NCBI RefSeq assembly: GCF_049286785.1
Contig: NZ_JBAQEO010000916.1
Location: 1 to 57,734, forward strand
Length of the DNA: 57,734 bases
Source: Rhodococcus sp. (in: high G+C Gram-positive bacteria)
Lineage (GTDB): Bacteria; Actinomycetota; Actinomycetes; Mycobacteriales; Mycobacteriaceae
Direction of reading: 5' to 3'
How positions within the stretch are numbered: position 1 is the first letter of the stretch; every line of letters starts with the position of its first letter. The notes under the pieces are model-generated. The model made no database searches. It was not told the origin of the DNA and saw only the letters and a list, made by a program, of their open reading frames with translations. Below, piece by piece: positions 28,343-38,328 of the stretch. The position numbers and the translations under genes were made by a program.

Positions 28343-29356
28343 TCAGATCACCGGCGGTGCGCCTCGGCGTCGCAGTTCCGCGCGCGCCCTGTCGACGCCA
28401 CCGTGTTCCAAAGCGGCGAGCGGTGATTCGTCGGCCCAGACGAGTGTGCCCCGCCTGCGAACGGTCACACTCAGCGAACCCGCGAGGTGCTCGATCGCGC
28501 CCGGAATGTTGCGGCGTTCGGCAGGCAGGGGCACCGGCAGCACGTATGCCGACCCGATCGGGGAGCGTCCCTCGATCTCGACGTTCCATGTGCGACTCCG
28601 CCCCCGCAGCGACCACCGCTCGTCCGTGACGTGCGCCTCTACCGGGGAGGTCAGGGGATTGCCGAGGCGGAAGACTCTGCCATCGGGCAGGGCGACGACG
28701 ACAGCCGTCACCTCGGTGTGCAGCGGACCCGCCGTGATCTCGCCGCCGGCGAACGCCACGCACGCCTGCCGGTCGGCGAAACCCTGTGCCTGCCCCCACC
28801 ACCACGAATCCGGGAATCCGCCCTTTCCCCAGTTCTTTTCGCCGTAGACCTGAGCGCCGTCGAGGAGGATCTTCTTGCCGCCGAGCACGGCGGTTCCCTC
28901 GGCTCGACCGCCGAGCAGCCACGGATGCCAGTACTGGTTCAGAGCGGGCACGGTCTGGAAGATACTCGAGCCGCCGAGACGTCGGCGCGGCCACGGCACG
29001 TGCCCGCTGATCCGGACGTCGAGGCGCGCGTCCGGTCCCAGATCCACCTGCAGACGGTCGAACGAACCGGAGAACGCGTCACCGGCGCGGGCCCCCAGTT
29101 CGGCGGGATCCGCATAGCCCTCCGGATGTGCAGCCGTGCGAAGAAACCTCGTGGGGTGCCCTGCGAGACCGAGCGTCGCCCAGTGACCATCAGGGGCTCG
29201 ATTGATTCCGGCCAACGCGATGACCACCTGCCCCGTCGCCGGCTGGGTAAATCGCCAGAAGTAGCCCTCCATCGCGACGTCGTGTGCGGCGAGAACGTTG
29301 CCGAAAGGCAGATCTGCCCCCGTCGCACGGTATGCCCGGAGCAGTCGTGGCACCAT
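28343..29356 (-). CDS. Tocopherol cyclase-like family protein
   Basis: MEGYFWRF, QYWHP, VYGEKNWGKGGFPDSWWWGQAQGF, LEHGG. Confidence 0.75.
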   Translation of the reverse strand: MVPRLLRAYRATGADLPFGNVLAAHDVAMEGYFWRFTQPATGQVVIALAGINRAPDGHWATLGLAGHPTRFLRTAAHPEGYADPAELGARAGDAFSGSFDRLQVDLGPDARLDVRISGHVPWPRRRLGGSSIFQTVPALNQYWHPWLLGGRAEGTAVLGGKKILLDGAQVYGEKNWGKGGFPDSWWWGQAQGFADRQACVAFAGGEITAGPLHTEVTAVVVALPDGRVFRLGNPLTSPVEAHVTDERWSLRGRSRTWNVEIEGRSPIGSAYVLPVPLPAERRNIPGAIEHLAGSLSVTVRRRGTLVWADESPLAALEHGGVDRARAELRRRGAPPVI

Positions 29357-29479
29357 ACCCGACGATGCTAGGCGCTGTGGCGAACACTGTCGAAGCGTCC
29401 GACCTGGGTGGATGGCACGTCCCGGGGGTGCAATGGCGTGGTCCGGTCGATGGTTTCCGGCCGTGGTTGTACCTGCGGC

Positions 29480-30049
29480 TCATTCCTCGAAGGGACCGCC
29501 CTCGATTCCGGGCGAACCATCGAGGGTGAGTTGTTGTTCGTGGAAGTCGAAATGCCTGGTGGGGTACCGGTACAGCTCACCGATGGTCATGAAGTCGGTG
29601 AAGAACGGATCCCACCGCACTGGGAACGGCATCCCTCGCCGCAGGGCGGCGTCGGATTCGCGGTTCTGGCGGCGGATCAGGGAACCGATCACCCGATCGA
29701 GTTTCGCGCCCATCCGCTTTCGGTTGAACACCAGCGCCGCGGCGCAGGAACCGTAATAATTCACCACGTCGAAGGGCCGGGCGCCGGCGTCGAGGACCCG
29801 GGCGAAGCCTCGTCCGATTCCGGCGGGGAGGTGGCTGATCACCCGCACCAGCGGCAACAACGCCTGCACCACCATGTACCCGAAGACCATGTGGAACAGC
29901 AGTTGCTCGTTGGTCCACTTCGTTCCGGCTGACCGGCGGCGCAAGGCGACTTCGGAAGCTCCCTCGAGCAGATGGTGAAAATGCACGCGGGTGCGCTCGA
30001 GCTCACCGGCGAGTCCTGTGCGTGTGATGGGGCTGTGACCTGGTGTTAT
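29480..30049 (-). CDS. DinB family protein; canonical start codon apparently missing
   Basis: WTNEQLLFHMVFGY, WDPFFTDFMT, YPTRHFDFH; frame stays open upstream of GTG 29986 to an ATA at 30049 with GGGGA 6 nt before it. Confidence 0.75.
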   Translation of the reverse strand: MTPGHSPITRTGLAGELERTRVHFHHLLEGASEVALRRRSAGTKWTNEQLLFHMVFGYMVVQALLPLVRVISHLPAGIGRGFARVLDAGARPFDVVNYYGSCAAALVFNRKRMGAKLDRVIGSLIRRQNRESDAALRRGMPFPVRWDPFFTDFMTIGELYRYPTRHFDFHEQQLTLDGSPGIEGGPFEE

Positions 30050-30097
30050 GATATGTCCCCAGTGTGTGATGTCGAACTCTGATGACCTGGGATGGCG

Positions 30098-30511
30098 TCA
30101 GGAGGTGACGTCGGTGCCGCCTGGTCGGTGACCGAACGGGTGCCGCCAGTCGCGTCCCTCGGCAGGGTTGGGATCGGCGTTGACGTCACCACGTTGTTGT
30201 TCGGCGAGGTGGTCGCGGTCCTGGCTCACGACGTCGGTTTCGTGGCGGGCTTCTTTCAGGTCGTGACGGGCGAGGCGGCCGCGTCGGGAGGTGCGGCGGG
30301 CACCGGCCAGCAGAACACTCAGTCCGAGCATGCCCACCGCTCCGACGACGATGCCATAGAGGAACAGTGCTCCGGTGGAGCCGGTGACGTGGTATCCGAA
30401 TACGGCGAAATCGTCGGTCAGGGAGTGTCCGTCTCCGCTGTTGGTCAGGACGCCCGTGAGCCCGAGGATCACAGCGGCGAGCAGGACGACGAGTCCGAAG
30501 ATAATGATCAT
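30098..30511 (-). CDS. Hypothetical two-TM membrane protein
   Basis: GGAGG RBS; two hydrophobic segments followed by a charged helix. Confidence 0.75.
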   Translation of the reverse strand: MIIIFGLVVLLAAVILGLTGVLTNSGDGHSLTDDFAVFGYHVTGSTGALFLYGIVVGAVGMLGLSVLLAGARRTSRRGRLARHDLKEARHETDVVSQDRDHLAEQQRGDVNADPNPAEGRDWRHPFGHRPGGTDVTS

Positions 30512-30545
30512 GACGGCCTCCCAGGGCCTGTGCGCAGTAGATCCT

Positions 30546-30752
30546 TCAGGGGAGGTGCATCAGTTGCCCGGCGAGGGTGAACAGACGGCGGGCGAGCCTC
30601 ATGACGGGAAGGCCCAGCGGGATCAGGAGGATTGTCACACATAGCACCAAACCGACGAGCCAGAGCAGGCCCGCGAGGATCCCCAGCACAGTGCCAAGCA
30701 CAGCCGTGAGGATTCCCAGCACCGCATTGAGCAAGCCCTGTAGTGGTCGCAT
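30546..30752 (-). CDS. Small hydrophobic protein with YccF-like motif
   Basis: AGGAGG RBS; LCVTILLIPLGL motif. Confidence 0.7.
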   Translation of the reverse strand: MRPLQGLLNAVLGILTAVLGTVLGILAGLLWLVGLVLCVTILLIPLGLPVMRLARRLFTLAGQLMHLP

Positions 30753-30955
30753 GATGACCTCCTGGTATCTATTCTGCACGCCTGCGGTGCAGTGCGCATC
30801 CCTCGTGGAAGCCGATCTCGTTCGGCACGGGGTGACGAGGGGGTAGAGCTGTGTGCCGGCGACCTGGGGTGAGGGTTGGCGCCACTTGTAAGGTGTGATA
30901 ATTGGGTTGATCTACAACATGTTTCGTGTGTTTTGGCGTAGCACTTCGCCTGCCG

Positions 30956-31729
30956 TCACAGGGGCAGTGAGGATTCGGTCAGCCCTCGCGGCGCTCCACG
31001 GCGGCGGAACCACTCCTGCCCGAACGCGGCACGTAAATGCTCGTCGGGCATCTGCAGGAACGGGCCGAAGTCGCCGATCTGCGTCGCGTGCGCGTGCATC
31101 GCAGCCCGCTTCGCGTCGAGGGTGGTGCTGACGTCCACGACGGTGGTGAGTTCCGATTCCGGGAGTCCGAACGAATCGAGGTCGGGAGGTTGCGCATCCT
31201 CGGACCACTCCGGGTTCGCAGCCATCAACCTGCGGATGTGGTCGCGGTTCACCGCAGCCTCGTACACGTGCTGGACCGCGGCGATCTCAGCGGCACGGAT
31301 GCCGACGTGATGTACCTGGACGTGATCGGGATGACCGTAGTTGCCGTTGGGGTCGTAGACGGTGAGAACATCGGCAGACTCTTCGAGCAGCACCTCGGCC
31401 AGGCGGGCAGCGGCTTCGTCCACCGGGATGTTGCAGAAGGCCGAGGGATTCCCGTTGTCGGGTGTCCCCGCCATGCCCGAGTCGGCATAGTGGAACATCA
31501 CCAGTCGGTGGGCGCCGAGCAGCGACGTCGACGTCTCGAGTTCTCGTCTGCGGCGTTCGGCGAGCGACTCGCCTTCGTCCAGCAGGCCTTCGGGTGCTTC
31601 GCCCAGCGCGCCGTCCGTGGCCGTGACCACCACCACCCGGTGGCCGGCGTCGGCAGCCTGACGCATCACCCCGCCGGTGGTGAATACCTCGTCGTCGGGA
31701 TGGGCGTGGAAACACACCAGGACACTCAT
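30956..31729 (-). CDS. PIG-L family deacetylase (MshB/Mca-like)
   Basis: FHAHPDDE, TDGALG, YADSGMAG, YDPNGNYGHPDHVQVH, HATQI. Confidence 0.9.
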   Translation of the reverse strand: MSVLVCFHAHPDDEVFTTGGVMRQAADAGHRVVVVTATDGALGEAPEGLLDEGESLAERRRRELETSTSLLGAHRLVMFHYADSGMAGTPDNGNPSAFCNIPVDEAAARLAEVLLEESADVLTVYDPNGNYGHPDHVQVHHVGIRAAEIAAVQHVYEAAVNRDHIRRLMAANPEWSEDAQPPDLDSFGLPESELTTVVDVSTTLDAKRAAMHAHATQIGDFGPFLQMPDEHLRAAFGQEWFRRRGAPRGLTESSLPL

Positions 31730-31785
31730 GGGCCCATACTGGCACGCGGTTGGAAGTTGCGGCCATGTTCTGTGACGCTTCATCC

Positions 31786-32988
31786 GTGCTCGATACCTAT
31801 CGCCGGATCTTCGCGGCTCGCGGTTCCGCGGCCTTCTCCCTCGCCGGCTTCGTTGCGCGCGTGCCGGTCGCGATGGTCGGGATCGGTATCGTCACCATGC
31901 TCTCGGAACTGCGCGGCGACTACGGGCTGGCCGGCGCACTCGCGGCGGTGTTCGCTCTGGCCTACGCGTTCATCACACCGGTGGTCTCACGGGCGGTGGA
32001 CCGCTTCGGACAGACCAGGGTCCTGCCTCTGGCCTCCGGAATCAGCGCCGCGGCGATTGCCGCGATGTTGCTGTGCGTGCGGTTGGAGACACCGGACTGG
32101 GTGTTGTTCCTCTGGGCCGTGCCTGCGGGTTGCATGCCGACCATCGGCGCGATGGTGCGCGCCCGCTGGACCGAGCTGTACGGCGGCACCGCATCTCTCC
32201 GGACCGCCTTCGCGTTCGAGGCCGTGGTGGACGAAGTGTGCTTCATCGCCGGACCGGTCGTGTCCGTCGGACTGTCGGTCGCGGTGTTCCCGGAGGCGGG
32301 TCCGCTGGCGGGCCTCATCCTGTTGGTGGTGGGCACCCTCGCGCTCGTCGCGCAGCGAGGCACCGAACCACCCGTACATCCGGCTCGGGGCGGCAAGGCA
32401 CCGTCGATCGCCCGGGAACCGGCGCTGTGGATCCTCGTAGCGGTCATGGCGTCGATGGGGACGCTCTTCGGCGTGATCGACGTCGTCGCCATCGCCTTCA
32501 CGAGAGACCACGACGCACCCGCGTCGGCCACCGTGGTGCTCGCACTCTTCGCCACCGGTTCGGCGGCAACCGGGCTCGTGTTCGGCGCCATGAAGCCGAC
32601 GGCGTCGCTGCGCACGCAACTGGTGATCGCGGTGACCGCCGTCATGGTTCTGCTGTGGCCACTGCTCTTGGTCGACAGTGTTCCTGCCCTCGCGTTCGCC
32701 TACGTGGTGGCGGGGATGACCGTCTCGCCGACCATGATCATCGCCATGGCCCTGGTCCAGCAGATCGTCCCGGCCGCTGCCCTCACCGAAGGGATCACCT
32801 GGACGGTCACCGGGCTCGGTGTGGGTGTCGCGGCCGGTTCGGCCCTGGCCGGCCGGATGATCGACGACCACGGCACCACCGCCGGATTCGCGGTGGCGGT
32901 GGTGGCTGCGGTCCTGGCCTCTATGGTGGCCCCATGGCTATTCGTGAAACGGTCGGCGTCGACGGAACGTCCCTCGTCTACTCCGTGA
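31786..32988 (+). CDS. MFS transporter
   Basis: About 12 hydrophobic segments, AVDRFGQTRV motif A, MVRARW; start may be 31765. Confidence 0.88.
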   Translation: MLDTYRRIFAARGSAAFSLAGFVARVPVAMVGIGIVTMLSELRGDYGLAGALAAVFALAYAFITPVVSRAVDRFGQTRVLPLASGISAAAIAAMLLCVRLETPDWVLFLWAVPAGCMPTIGAMVRARWTELYGGTASLRTAFAFEAVVDEVCFIAGPVVSVGLSVAVFPEAGPLAGLILLVVGTLALVAQRGTEPPVHPARGGKAPSIAREPALWILVAVMASMGTLFGVIDVVAIAFTRDHDAPASATVVLALFATGSAATGLVFGAMKPTASLRTQLVIAVTAVMVLLWPLLLVDSVPALAFAYVVAGMTVSPTMIIAMALVQQIVPAAALTEGITWTVTGLGVGVAAGSALAGRMIDDHGTTAGFAVAVVAAVLASMVAPWLFVKRSASTERPSSTP

Positions 32989-33797
32989 CAGGTTCTCCGG
33001 ACGCGCGAGCACTGGTGTTGGTGCACGGTTGGGCGCAGTCCTCGAAGTGCTGGGGTGAGCGGGTACTGGAAGAACTGGCGGCGCGTTACCGCGTCATCGC
33101 CGTCGATCTGCGGGGCCACGGATATTCCGGCGCCCCGGACTCGGGCTACGAGGATTCGGCGATCTGGGCTGGGGACGTCGACGCCGTCCTCGCTGCCGAG
33201 GGCGTCACGTCCGGTGCGGTTCTGCTCGGCTGGTCGTACGGCGGGCTGGTGATCTGCGACTACCTCGAAGCCCATGGAACGGACGCCGTCGACGGTGTCG
33301 TTCTCGTCGGCGCGATCACCAGCATCGGGAAGGGGGAGAAGGGCGGCAAGGTGGGGACGGCCATGCGCGTCGCGATTCCCGATGCGATGTCGGAGGAACC
33401 GCGCGTGGCGATCCGGGCACTGGGTGCGTTCGGGACCGCGCTGACCGGGCCGCCGGAAGGCAAGGGGGCGCAGTCGCAGGCACTCTTCGGTGCCAGCCTC
33501 GGCACGCCGCCGCGGGTTCGGGCGGCGTTGTTCGAACGCGTGGCGAGCCACGACGAGCTGTTGCGGTCGCTCGACGTTCCGGCTCTGATCCTCCACGGGA
33601 CCGAGGACTCGGTGGTCGACATCACTGCCGGCAGGCATGCCGCAGAGCTGATCCCGAAGGCCCAGGCCTCCTTCTGGGAAGGATGTGGTCACGGGCCGTT
33701 CGTGGAGGACCCGGCGCGCTTCGTGAAGGAGGTCGGCGAGTTCGCCGACAACCTCGGTTCAGGCGTTCGCGTGCGAGAGGGCAGTATGGAGTCGTGA
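32934..33797 (+). CDS. Alpha/beta hydrolase
   Basis: [33 protein letters not shown]. Confidence 0.9.
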   Translation: MAIRETVGVDGTSLVYSVTGSPDARALVLVHGWAQSSKCWGERVLEELAARYRVIAVDLRGHGYSGAPDSGYEDSAIWAGDVDAVLAAEGVTSGAVLLGWSYGGLVICDYLEAHGTDAVDGVVLVGAITSIGKGEKGGKVGTAMRVAIPDAMSEEPRVAIRALGAFGTALTGPPEGKGAQSQALFGASLGTPPRVRAALFERVASHDELLRSLDVPALILHGTEDSVVDITAGRHAAELIPKAQASFWEGCGHGPFVEDPARFVKEVGEFADNLGSGVRVREGSMES

Positions 33798-35164
33798 CGC
33801 CCAAGCACAATGACCTCGGCGGCCTCGGCGGATTCGGCCGCGGTGCGCGCCCCCGCAGGGTGGCAGTCCTGTCGGTTCACACTTCGCCGTTGGCACAGCC
33901 GGGTACCGGTGACGCCGGTGGGATGAACGTCTACGTGCTGCAGACCGCGATCCAGATGGCTCGTCGCGGGGTCGAAGTGGAGATCTTCACCCGGGCCACG
34001 TCGTCGGCCGACGCTCCCGTGCAGGAAGCGGCGCCCGGTGTGCTCGTCCGCAACGTGGTGGCCGGCCCGTTCGAAGGGTTGGACAAGTGGGATCTGCCCA
34101 CCCAACTGTGCGCGTTCGTGGCCGGCGTGCTTCGTGAGGAAGCGCGGCACGAACCGGGTTACTACAACCTCGTGCATTCGCATTACTGGCTCTCCGGTCA
34201 GGTGGGCTGGCTGGCCCGCGACCGCTGGGGCGCACCTCTCGTACATACCGCGCACACGCTGGCCGCGGTCAAGAACGCGTCTCTGGCCGAGGGTGACACG
34301 CCCGAACCCGCAGCGCGGCAGATCGGCGAACAGCAGGTGGTGGCCGAGTCCGATCGGCTGGTGGCCAACACCGGTGACGAGGCGGACGAACTCGTGCGCC
34401 ACTACGGGGCGGACCCGGATCGCATCGACGTGGTGGCACCGGGAGCCGACCTGGCGCGGTACCGGCCGGGCGACCGTGCCGCCGCGCGAGCCACGCTCGG
34501 GCTCGACCCGCGCGAAACCGTCGTGACCTTCGTCGGACGTATCCAACCGCTCAAGGCGCCCGACGTATTGTTGCGGGCCGCAGCGGAACTCGTTGCCCGC
34601 GAGCCGGACTCGACTCTCCGGATCCTCGTGGTCGGTGGTCCGTCGGGATCCGGGCTGGCACGCCCCGACGCCCTGATCGAACTCGCATCGTCCCTGGGTA
34701 TCGCCGCCCGTGTCACGTTCCTTCCGCCGCAGGCGCCCGAACGACTGGTCGAGGTGTATCGCGCATCGGATCTCGTTGCGGTGCCGAGTTATTCGGAATC
34801 ATTCGGGCTGGTGGCCCTCGAGGCCCAGGCCTGCGGGACGCCGGTGATCGCGGCGAACGTGGGCGGACTCGGGGTCGCGGTCCGAAGCGGCGAGACCGGA
34901 CTCCTGGTCGACGGGCACCGCACGGAGGACTGGGCGAGTGCACTGCAGTCGCTGGTCTCGGATCCGGCGCGGCTGGAATCGCTGGCCGCGGAGGCGCCGC
35001 GGCACGCCGCGAACTTCTCGTGGGAGCACACCGCAGACGGTCTGCTCGAGAGTTATCGAAGGGCCGCAGTCAACTACAACCACGAAAACGGCCTGAGCGA
35101 GTTCTCGCCGCGTCGGGGACGCGCATCGTGGAAGTTGCGCAGGGCCGAAGGGGTCCGAGCATGA
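33794..35164 (+). CDS. mshA: D-inositol-3-phosphate glycosyltransferase
   Basis: [55 protein letters not shown]. Confidence 0.96.
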   Translation: MTPKHNDLGGLGGFGRGARPRRVAVLSVHTSPLAQPGTGDAGGMNVYVLQTAIQMARRGVEVEIFTRATSSADAPVQEAAPGVLVRNVVAGPFEGLDKWDLPTQLCAFVAGVLREEARHEPGYYNLVHSHYWLSGQVGWLARDRWGAPLVHTAHTLAAVKNASLAEGDTPEPAARQIGEQQVVAESDRLVANTGDEADELVRHYGADPDRIDVVAPGADLARYRPGDRAAARATLGLDPRETVVTFVGRIQPLKAPDVLLRAAAELVAREPDSTLRILVVGGPSGSGLARPDALIELASSLGIAARVTFLPPQAPERLVEVYRASDLVAVPSYSESFGLVALEAQACGTPVIAANVGGLGVAVRSGETGLLVDGHRTEDWASALQSLVSDPARLESLAAEAPRHAANFSWEHTADGLLESYRRAAVNYNHENGLSEFSPRRGRASWKLRRAEGVRA

Positions 35165-35643
35165 GTGACCTGACCGAAGTGATCGAGTCCGCTCTGACCG
35201 AAAGGGAACTGGACTTCACCCGCAAGGACGACACGCATTTCCTCGTCGAGTTGCCTGGTGAACGCAAGCTGAAGACCACCACGCTGCTGACCGTCGGTAC
35301 TCACGGGCTCAGGGTTGAGGCATTCGTGTGCCGCAAGCCCGACGAGAACTTCGAAGGCGTCTACAAATTTCTGCTCAGGCGCAACAGGCGGCTGTATTCG
35401 GTGGCGTACACGCTCGACAAGATCGGCGACATCTACCTGGTCGGCCAGCTTTCCGAACATGCGGTCACCGCCGACGAACTCGACCGCGTGCTCGGTCAGG
35501 TGCTCGAGGCCGCCGACGGCGACTTCAACACGCTGCTCGAACTCGGGTTCGCGAGTTCCATCAGACGTGAATGGGCGTGGCGGGTGTCGCGGGGAGAGTC
35601 TCTCGCGAATCTGCAGGCGTTCGAGCACCTCATCGACGACTGA
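35161..35643 (+). CDS. YbjN domain protein (Rv0487-like)
   Basis: [39 protein letters not shown]. Confidence 0.9.
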   Translation: MSDLTEVIESALTERELDFTRKDDTHFLVELPGERKLKTTTLLTVGTHGLRVEAFVCRKPDENFEGVYKFLLRRNRRLYSVAYTLDKIGDIYLVGQLSEHAVTADELDRVLGQVLEAADGDFNTLLELGFASSIRREWAWRVSRGESLANLQAFEHLIDD

Positions 35644-35665
35644 ACCTCCCCGGGTAGAGTCGCGT

Positions 35666-35693
35666 CCGAGTTGTGACTGCTGTCACAACTCGG
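35666..35693. promoter_or_regulatory. Perfect 12-bp inverted repeat containing a consensus CRP/GlxR site
   Basis: CCGAGTTGTGAC-tgct-GTCACAACTCGG; includes TGTGA-N6-TCACA at 35672-35687. Confidence 0.65.
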
Positions 35694-35764
35694 TACATGT
35701 ATCTGGTAATCACAGAAACTTGTGCGGACCACTACTGCTGCAACATATCGAGGGAGAGGCCCCA

Positions 35765-37366
35765 GTGAGCTTCAAGAGCCCGTTTCCGGACGTCGAGATT
35801 CCGAACCTCAGTGTCTACGAATTTCTCTTCGGCGAGATCGCGTCGGCCGACCTCGACAGGCCCGCGCTTATCGACGGTGCGTCGGGCGCGGTCACCACGT
35901 ACAGGAGCCTCGTCGCTCAGATAGACGGTGTGGCAGGTGCACTCGCCGCCCGTGGTCTGCGGGTAGGGGAGGTCGTGGGACTGCACTCTCCCAACGTGCC
36001 CGCGTTCGCCGCGGCCTTCCACGGCATCTTGCGTGCCGGGGGCGTCGCGACCACGATCAACGCGCTGTACACAGCCGAAGACATCGCGAAGCAGCTCACC
36101 GATTCCGGGGCCAAGTTCCTGTTCACGGTCTCCCCGCTGCTGGCCCAGGCCAAAGCCGCTGCCGCCCAGGTCGGGATCCCCGACGAGAACCTGATCGTCC
36201 TGGACGGTGCCGAGGGGCACCCGTCGCTGCGCGATCTGCTGGCCGAGGGCGCGCCGGCGCCCGAGGTGTCGTTCGATCCGGCGGCCCAGCTGGCCGTGCT
36301 GCCCTACTCCTCGGGTACCACCGGCCGGCCCAAGGGCGTCATGCTGACGCATCGCAATCTGGTGGCGAACGTCTGCCAGATCAACCCGCGGATGGGCATC
36401 GGGCCCGACGACAAACTGCTCGCCGTGCTGCCGTTCTTCCACATCTATGGAATGACGGTGCTACTCAACGCGGCGCTGCGCAATCGGGCGAGCCTGGTGA
36501 CCATGCCGAAGTTCGACCTCGTCGAGTTCCTCCGGATCGTGTCCGGGCAGAAGTGCACCTACGTGTTCATCGCGCCGCCGGTCGCGGTGGCGCTCGCGAA
36601 GCACCCGCTCATCGACCAGTACGACTTGTCGTCGGTGCACACGATCTTCTCCGGAGCGGCACCGCTCGATCAGGAACTGGGCAAAGCCGTCGCGGCCCGG
36701 CTCGGCTGCCGCGTCCGGCAGGGTTACGGCATGTCGGAGATGAGCCCGGTCAGCCATGCCATCCCGTTCGATCGGGACGACATCGCCCTTGATTCCGTCG
36801 GTCCGGCCGTTGCCAACATGGAGTGCAAGCTCGTCGATCCCGCCACCGGCGAAGAGGTCGCGTACCCGGCCGAGGGTGTCAGCGAGCCCGGTGAGCTGTG
36901 GTGCAAGGGCCCGAACATCATGGCGGGGTACCTCGGCAACGACGAGGCCACCGCAGAAACGCTCGACGGGGACGGCTACCTGCACACCGGTGACATCGCG
37001 ACCGTCGACGCCGAAGGTGTCGTGACGATCGTCGACCGGATGAAGGAGCTCATCAAGTACAAGGGCTACCAGGTGCCGCCCGCCGAACTCGAGGCGCTGC
37101 TGCTGACGCACCCGCAGATCGCCGACGCCGCCGTCATCGGCGTCCTCGACGAAGACCGCGAGGAAGTGCCCAAGGCGTTCGTCGTCCGGCAGCCCGGTGC
37201 CGAACTCGACGAGGCCGCGGTGATGGCATTCGTGGCCGAACGCGTCTCGCCGCACAAGAAGGTGCGCAAGGTCGAATTCATCGACCTGGTCCCGAAGTCC
37301 GCCGCCGGCAAGATTCTCCGCAAGGATCTGCGGGCGGCAGAGGCGGGCGAAACCGCGGCCAAGTAG
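35765..37366 (+). CDS. 4-coumarate--CoA ligase family acyl-CoA synthetase
   Basis: [49 protein letters not shown]. Confidence 0.92.
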   Translation: MSFKSPFPDVEIPNLSVYEFLFGEIASADLDRPALIDGASGAVTTYRSLVAQIDGVAGALAARGLRVGEVVGLHSPNVPAFAAAFHGILRAGGVATTINALYTAEDIAKQLTDSGAKFLFTVSPLLAQAKAAAAQVGIPDENLIVLDGAEGHPSLRDLLAEGAPAPEVSFDPAAQLAVLPYSSGTTGRPKGVMLTHRNLVANVCQINPRMGIGPDDKLLAVLPFFHIYGMTVLLNAALRNRASLVTMPKFDLVEFLRIVSGQKCTYVFIAPPVAVALAKHPLIDQYDLSSVHTIFSGAAPLDQELGKAVAARLGCRVRQGYGMSEMSPVSHAIPFDRDDIALDSVGPAVANMECKLVDPATGEEVAYPAEGVSEPGELWCKGPNIMAGYLGNDEATAETLDGDGYLHTGDIATVDAEGVVTIVDRMKELIKYKGYQVPPAELEALLLTHPQIADAAVIGVLDEDREEVPKAFVVRQPGAELDEAAVMAFVAERVSPHKKVRKVEFIDLVPKSAAGKILRKDLRAAEAGETAAK

Positions 37367-37434
37367 GCGCGAGCCGGGGGCGACCCAGGGGTTCACGGCA
37401 CAGGGGTTCCGGGGCGCATGTCAGGATGAACGGC

Positions 37435-38181
37435 ATGAGTACCGGAACCCTTGTGCTGCTCCGCCACGGCGAGAGTGAATGGAATGCGCTCAACTTGTTC
37501 ACCGGTTGGGTGGACGTCCACCTGACCGACAAGGGCATCGCCGAGGGCAAGCGCGCCGGCGAGCTACTGCTCGAACACAACGTGTTGCCCGACGTCCTCT
37601 ACACGTCGCTCCTGCGTCGTGCGATCAGCACCGCGAACATTGCGCTCGACACCGCCGACCGGCACTGGATTCCCGTGATCCGCGACTGGCGGCTCAACGA
37701 ACGGCACTACGGAGCCCTGCAGGGACGGAACAAGGCCCAGGTCAAGGAGAAGTACGGCGACGAGCAGTTCATGCTGTGGCGTCGTAGCTACGACACGCCG
37801 CCGCCGCCGATCGAGGCCGGCAGCGAGTACAGCCAGGACACCGACGTCCGCTACACCGGACTCGCCGAGGTTCCGCTCACCGAGTGCCTCCTCGACGTCG
37901 TGAAAAGACTGATCCCGTACTGGGAGGAGACGATCTCGGCCGACCTGCTGGCGGGCAAGACCGTTTTGGTCACCGCACACGGCAACTCGCTCCGAGCCCT
38001 GGTCAAGCATCTCGACGGCATCTCCGACGAAGACATCGCGGGACTGAACATCCCGACGGGTATCCCGTTGCGGTACGACCTGGACGAGAACCTGAAGCCG
38101 CTCAATCCGGGCGGAACATATCTCGACCCGGAGGCCGCCGCCGCGGGCGCTGCCGCAGTGGCCGGTCAGGGCGGCAAGTAG
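37435..38181 (+). CDS. gpmA: 2,3-bisphosphoglycerate-dependent phosphoglycerate mutase
   Basis: [34 protein letters not shown]. Confidence 0.97.
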   Translation: MSTGTLVLLRHGESEWNALNLFTGWVDVHLTDKGIAEGKRAGELLLEHNVLPDVLYTSLLRRAISTANIALDTADRHWIPVIRDWRLNERHYGALQGRNKAQVKEKYGDEQFMLWRRSYDTPPPPIEAGSEYSQDTDVRYTGLAEVPLTECLLDVVKRLIPYWEETISADLLAGKTVLVTAHGNSLRALVKHLDGISDEDIAGLNIPTGIPLRYDLDENLKPLNPGGTYLDPEAAAAGAAAVAGQGGK

Positions 38182-38191
38182 TTCGAGAGCC

Positions 38192-38222
38192 GGCCGGGCG
38201 CTTCCTCGCGGGGCGCCCGGCC
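38192..38222 (+). terminator. Hairpin after gpmA
   Basis: GGCCGGGCGC...GCGCCCGGCC. Confidence 0.55.
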
Positions 38223-38328
38223 AACGGCAGGTGAACGTCCGGCGAAGAGTGAGGTCCACCGGTGTGACGTGCGCGGAAATGCCCCGGCCCTGCGTAACCA
38301 ACCGGCCGCGCGAACGTACGATTCAGGC

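Noticed and set aside
30756..30787. CCGCAGGCGT and ACCAG..AGGTC shared between this leader and the metE leader
   Set aside because: A 10-nt GC-rich match plus RBS-like sequence is plausible by chance, and the structural contexts differ
32934..32988. 55-nt overlap of the MFS 3' end with the hydrolase start
   Set aside because: Both frames are intact; explained by a short non-conserved MFS tail, with no sign of frameshift
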